DNA from: Hormiphora californensis
Taxonomy: Eukaryota; Animalia; Ctenophora
Assembly (NCBI GenBank): GCA_020137815.1
Contig: CM035352.1
Location: forward strand, 3,348,001-3,412,000
Reading direction: 5' to 3'
Length of the DNA: 64,000 nucleotides
The notes beneath the pieces were generated by a model. It had not been told where the DNA came from. It made no database searches and worked only from the letters and a program-made list of their open reading frames with translations. Every line of letters begins with the position of its first letter. Position 1 is the first letter of the stretch. Below, one piece after another: positions 59,600-64,000 of this stretch. The position numbers were made by a program, and so were the translations under genes.

Positions 59600-62500
59600 T
59601 TAATTCTGTCCAGGAGTGGTGAGCCAGGGTTAGGATGACAGTATGATATGAAGAATTGATGACGTAGACTGTAGAGATAACACGAGTAAAGATTAGTTTG
59701 ATAGAGCTCTAAAGCTCTGACGTATAATAGGTGTAGGTGGTGAGCATGTCCTTAGTCGTCCTTGGTTGGGTGGTGGATGCTCCTCTGTTCAACAAGGACA
59801 TGCCTGGGAACTTCTCTGTGCTGCTTATTCCTTGATTCCAGACAACCCGAGGGTGAGATTCGATAGTGTGTTAGGTTCGTAATTGTCACGTCCCTGGGGG
59901 CGAGGGTGCGGATGTACTTGAAACAGAAAGCTTTTGAGAGTCGAAATGGAATTGCTTGAGGTGGTTGAGCAGAAGGTGGTGAAGACAAGGTGAGGAGTTG
60001 CATGGAGAAAGGGAGGTGGTTGTAGAAGACGAAGGTCCCGGTTTGCACCTGGAGGAGGTGTGTGATAGAAGGTTGGATAGTGTCGATGCTGAGGTACGAC
60101 CCCAGTCTGTTCCAAAGACGCAGTGGGCGAGTCGGTACACCCACAGTGGAGGAAAGGCTTTGAAGGGGAGTTCCAGTGTGAACGCGGTAAGTGCACAAGG
60201 CCTGGTGTCCACGCATCGTTCCAGAAGAGACCTAACTTAAGGAAGTAACAATGTTTTACCCCAGTCGTGTCAGGATGTTCAGATGGTCACGAGACGAAAA
60301 TCGCTTCTGGACCCAAGAATTTAAAGTTGTGATCTTTGCACAGGACCTACTTGACAAGGAGACTTTTAATCTCGGAGATAACTGGTGGATGTTAAAGAAG
60401 TGAGGAATTAGAAGCTGGTGGATCAGGGTGAAAGGTGAAAGTGGTTCCATATGAATCCCACTGGAAGGTTTGCTTCTCCGTAACTCCAAAATAGGAAGTG
60501 TAATCGCCCGAAAGGGACACAGTATTCTGAGCTGAGACAGATTTGGATCAGAGAAGGTATCATGTGTACGTGTTTTACTGTCGAGTTTGGACATGTAGCA
60601 GGGTTCGATCAGATGTACAAAGAAGGATGGAGAGTGCGTGTGTCTTCTGTGCTGGAGATATGGAACTCGGCGTTGTGGTCACAGAAAGAGGAAGGAACAG
60701 GAAATTGAAACTGTGTTTAGTCAGACGGTAATAGCAAGAAGTAGGAGACATTTCAGGGTCACATCTTGCCCATACTCTGGGTCATTCTACATTAATGAAA
60801 GAGAACTAAGCTTTGGAAAGACAAAGTGGCAGTGAAGAAAGAGGCCAAAAAATGGTTATCGGACGAGGGCCCTAGGGAGGTTGAAGAAGAAGACTACTTG
60901 GAGGATTGGACATTAAATGTTCACTCTCTAATGAATAAGACTGCTGGAGTTCTACCCTCCTGGAGGATAAAGCAATGCGAGTGTGTCTGTCCAGAAACAT
61001 ACCTAAAGCGAACACGACATGCATAAACTACAAGGATAAAGGAAATGGTCTGAACATTTACTCGAGCCCGAGAGAATGAGAGGTCAGGGGAGGAAATCGG
61101 GGTACTTATCGTGATGGGTGGTGTGAAGCTGCACCGGGGGTGAAGTATAAGTTTAAGAACCTTTCAAGCTCCAGGAAGGGTTGGTTGTGGCGAGGATGAT
61201 CTGGGAGTGCTACTGTGTACATTTACAGCCACTTATACCGGTAAAGGCACGGTTTACGGAGGGCTAACTTCTGGATGAGTTCAATGACTAACTTCTTGAC
61301 CTTTGATGTAAAACTGGAAGTCACTTGATTATGGGTGATTTAACTTTCAGTACAAGACCCAAGTAACTTCTATGCAAGGAGCTCTTACCTTGGACTCAGT
61401 TGACTTTGTTCAAAATGTGCCACTAAACCTTACTCATGTAATAGGAGGAACTCTGGACTTTAATTACTGTCAGACGTGGTATGTCCAGTAATTTGGGGAA
61501 AACCTGAAGATATTTCCAGATGGTACGATGTCGGATCATTATCTGGTAATGAGGAGGTTAAGTTTTGGCTTCTGAAGGAAGATATGTTTCCCGAGAGAGG
61601 ATGAGTGTCTACCAATGATTTTAAGCGCTGAGAATGTGAGTCCCCCGCCTTCCGGAATGGGTGAGGGATATGTGTTTTGGAAATTCCAGATTTGACGTTA
61701 CGCCAGACAGGCCTTTGTATCTGTATGATCGAGCTTTGAAGGAGGTGTAGACGATTGTCCCCCGACCAAACGGAGGAAATCGGTGAAGCAACTTCAAGGC
61801 TTGGAGAGGAGGACAGGAGTTTCGGGACACCCTGGTCGGAGAGAAGAAAGCGGAGGGGCTTGGGAGAAAAAACAAAACAGGTTAACGAAAGCAGGGACAG
61901 GGAACTTCAACGAGTTTGAGAGATATTGACAAGGAGGCAAGAATGTGAATGTAAGAAGAAGCTTGAAGATGTGAAGGATGACCATGCTGGACTTCAGAAA
62001 AGCTGCTAGAAACTCGACCCTAATGGGAAGAAGAGACTTCTTCTTACCGGGTGGACTATTCTGACAGAACTAGCGCATAACTTTGCACAGTTTCTTCTCT
62101 GGGAAAAGATTTGATAAAATACGGTCTAATGTACTGGAAGGAAACAAGAGGCGTGGAGCGGATGTAAGGGTAATGGGGAAGGGAAAGGTTGTGAAGATGT
62201 TAAGTTGACTGGAGGTGTGAGTGGCGGAGAGTAAGTGGAACTGGAAAGTGGATGGTGGAGGGGATGAAGACGTAAGTGGACTGGAAGAGGAGGTGCGAGT
62301 ATGAAGATGTAAAGTGAGGCCGTGAGTGATGAAGATGTAAGCGGAACTGAAGAGGAGGTGTGAGTGGTGAAGAATGTAAAAGAGGAACCTGGAAGTGGTG
62401 GTGCATCGAGGACTGATTGTGAGCTGACTCAGTTTGAAGAGAGGTCTCGCAAAGATCTTGTTCGGATTGTAAGCCAGATATGTATCTCAAGTCGTGTGAG

Positions 62501-64000
62501 CTAGATCCTGAGTTCCAATGTGGCTGGTGAAGGATGTGGTCCTAGAGAGTGTTGCGCCTGACTTTAACGGACACTATATTACAAGTCATTATGTTAGAAT
62601 TTCAGTAACCTGAACCCCCCTGCAACAAAGCAGTAGTCATTGGCCAACCGATAAGGATCACAATGGAGAGAACGAGATCTTCTTGCCCAACTACCGCCCT
62701 GTCCTCAAAAATTGCTTTTGTCTCAAAAGTCTTGGAAAAGGTGGTATTGTGTCAAATGAATGATTCTACTGAAGAATGACTTGTTTGAACGCCAACCCGT
62801 ACGCGGGTTACGAACTGGTCTAGTGTGAAACTCTTCTGGCTGGAATTTTGATGACTTGCTGAAAGAACTGGATTCTGAAAACCGGTAGCAGCACTCAATG
62901 CTGTGGACATGAGCGCGGCTGCTTTCGATAACAGTAGATATGAGAAAGCTGATGGAAGTGCTCGAGGTGAGGTGTTGGAGTGAAGGGAAGTTGCGCTTGG
63001 TGGTTAGAGTTATCAGGTTCAGGAGTACAGAGTAGCGTCCATGGTGAGCCTCTGAGGTTATTGCTCTCATCTGTGGATACCACAGGGGTCATTGTTGGTC
63101 CTGTATTATTCCTGTTTACATAAGGAGCCTACAGGATATTGCCTAGACGTATGGTCTAATATAAGCATGTATGCAGATGATTCCCAGTTATATGTGGGAC
63201 TTGTCCCAACGATAGTGAGGGATGGAACGGGCAAGACCAGTATTGAGGAGTGTCTCGCTTCTATTAAGAAACTGGATGGTACAGCATTGGCTCAAATGTA
63301 ACGAGAGTAAGACTGAGTTTTGTTTCTTCTGGGAAAATCAAGTTCTCTTGAAGCTGGTATTTGATCCGGAATTAGGTTTTGTGACGCTGTGTTGCAGCCC
63401 ATGGAATGTAGAGAAGGACAGGGAGACTCTAGGAATACTTCTGGATGAGCATCTTACCCTGGAGAGGCAGGTGAACAATGGTTAAGAAACAATGTGGACT
63501 GCAACTCAAGAACCTATGGCAACTCAATAAGTGTTTGGACAATAGTACACGATTCCTTCTGGTGAAGCAATTGTCATATCAAAGATAAGACTACTGCAAT
63601 ATCCTCTACGTGTGGACTCCCAAAACGGATTCTAACAATCTTCAAAAGGTTCTAAACTCCTGCGTACGGTTCATCTAAACCTACAGGACATCAGGATAGC
63701 TATGATGAAGTAGTTCAAGGAAGCTCATATCCCTCCCAATACAGCAAGACTAACGTTCAAGGCCTGCCTGTTAGCGTACAAAATTGTGCGTGGACAGCTC
63801 CAGAGTATTTGCTGGAACTGGTCCCTAGGGGATGATGATATTCTGGGTATGAGACAACGAGGGCGAATTCAGTGATTGACTTCTATAAGCTGAAATATCC
63901 TAAACTCTCGATTCTTAACGCAAACTCCTAACTGAGGAGAAGGAGGATTTTCGGTGTTTCTACCGACGGTATGGAACTCTTTACCTCTAGACCTGAGATC
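59600..64000 (+). mobile_element. L2/CR1-group LINE, heavily frameshifted, runs off the window end
   Basis: APE remnants (GDF, GGTLD, SDHYL at 61330-61545); RT remnants (NYRPV, GPVLF, MYADDSQLY, LGILLDEHL, DYCN). 5' boundary approximate. Confidence 0.88.

Overview
Eukaryotic (animal) genomic DNA with short GT-AG introns and a very high transposon load. The CAGT-ended MITE family and the nested-gene layout suggest a ctenophore (Pleurobrachia-like); this is inference from recall, not a search result. Host genes: papain-family protease fused to an ShK domain (disrupted), a decayed LRR gene, an ABCG/white half-transporter, a cinnamyl-type alcohol dehydrogenase, RSPH3, a VWA3-like gene, an Erf4/GOLGA7-like ORF, a frameshifted 5'-nucleotidase, VMP1 with an intronless TRMT61A nested on the same strand, and the 3' end of a Rubicon-homology gene whose last intron holds an antisense orphan receptor. 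From about 54.4 to 59.5 kb lies a Polinton/Maverick (adintovirus-like) element with integrase, A32 ATPase, adenain protease and a capsid remnant; its integrase is split by a clean spliceosomal intron and the element is cut by a LINE. Other mobile DNA includes three L2/CR1-type LINEs, a Penelope fragment, many palindromic MITEs, a probable Helitron and two sequence-unrelated elements (36.4 and 37.9 kb) that share a cloverleaf plus an internal inverted copy of their own circle junction. Single-base frameshifts cluster in several blocks and may be either decay or assembly error. All calls are by eye, without database searches.
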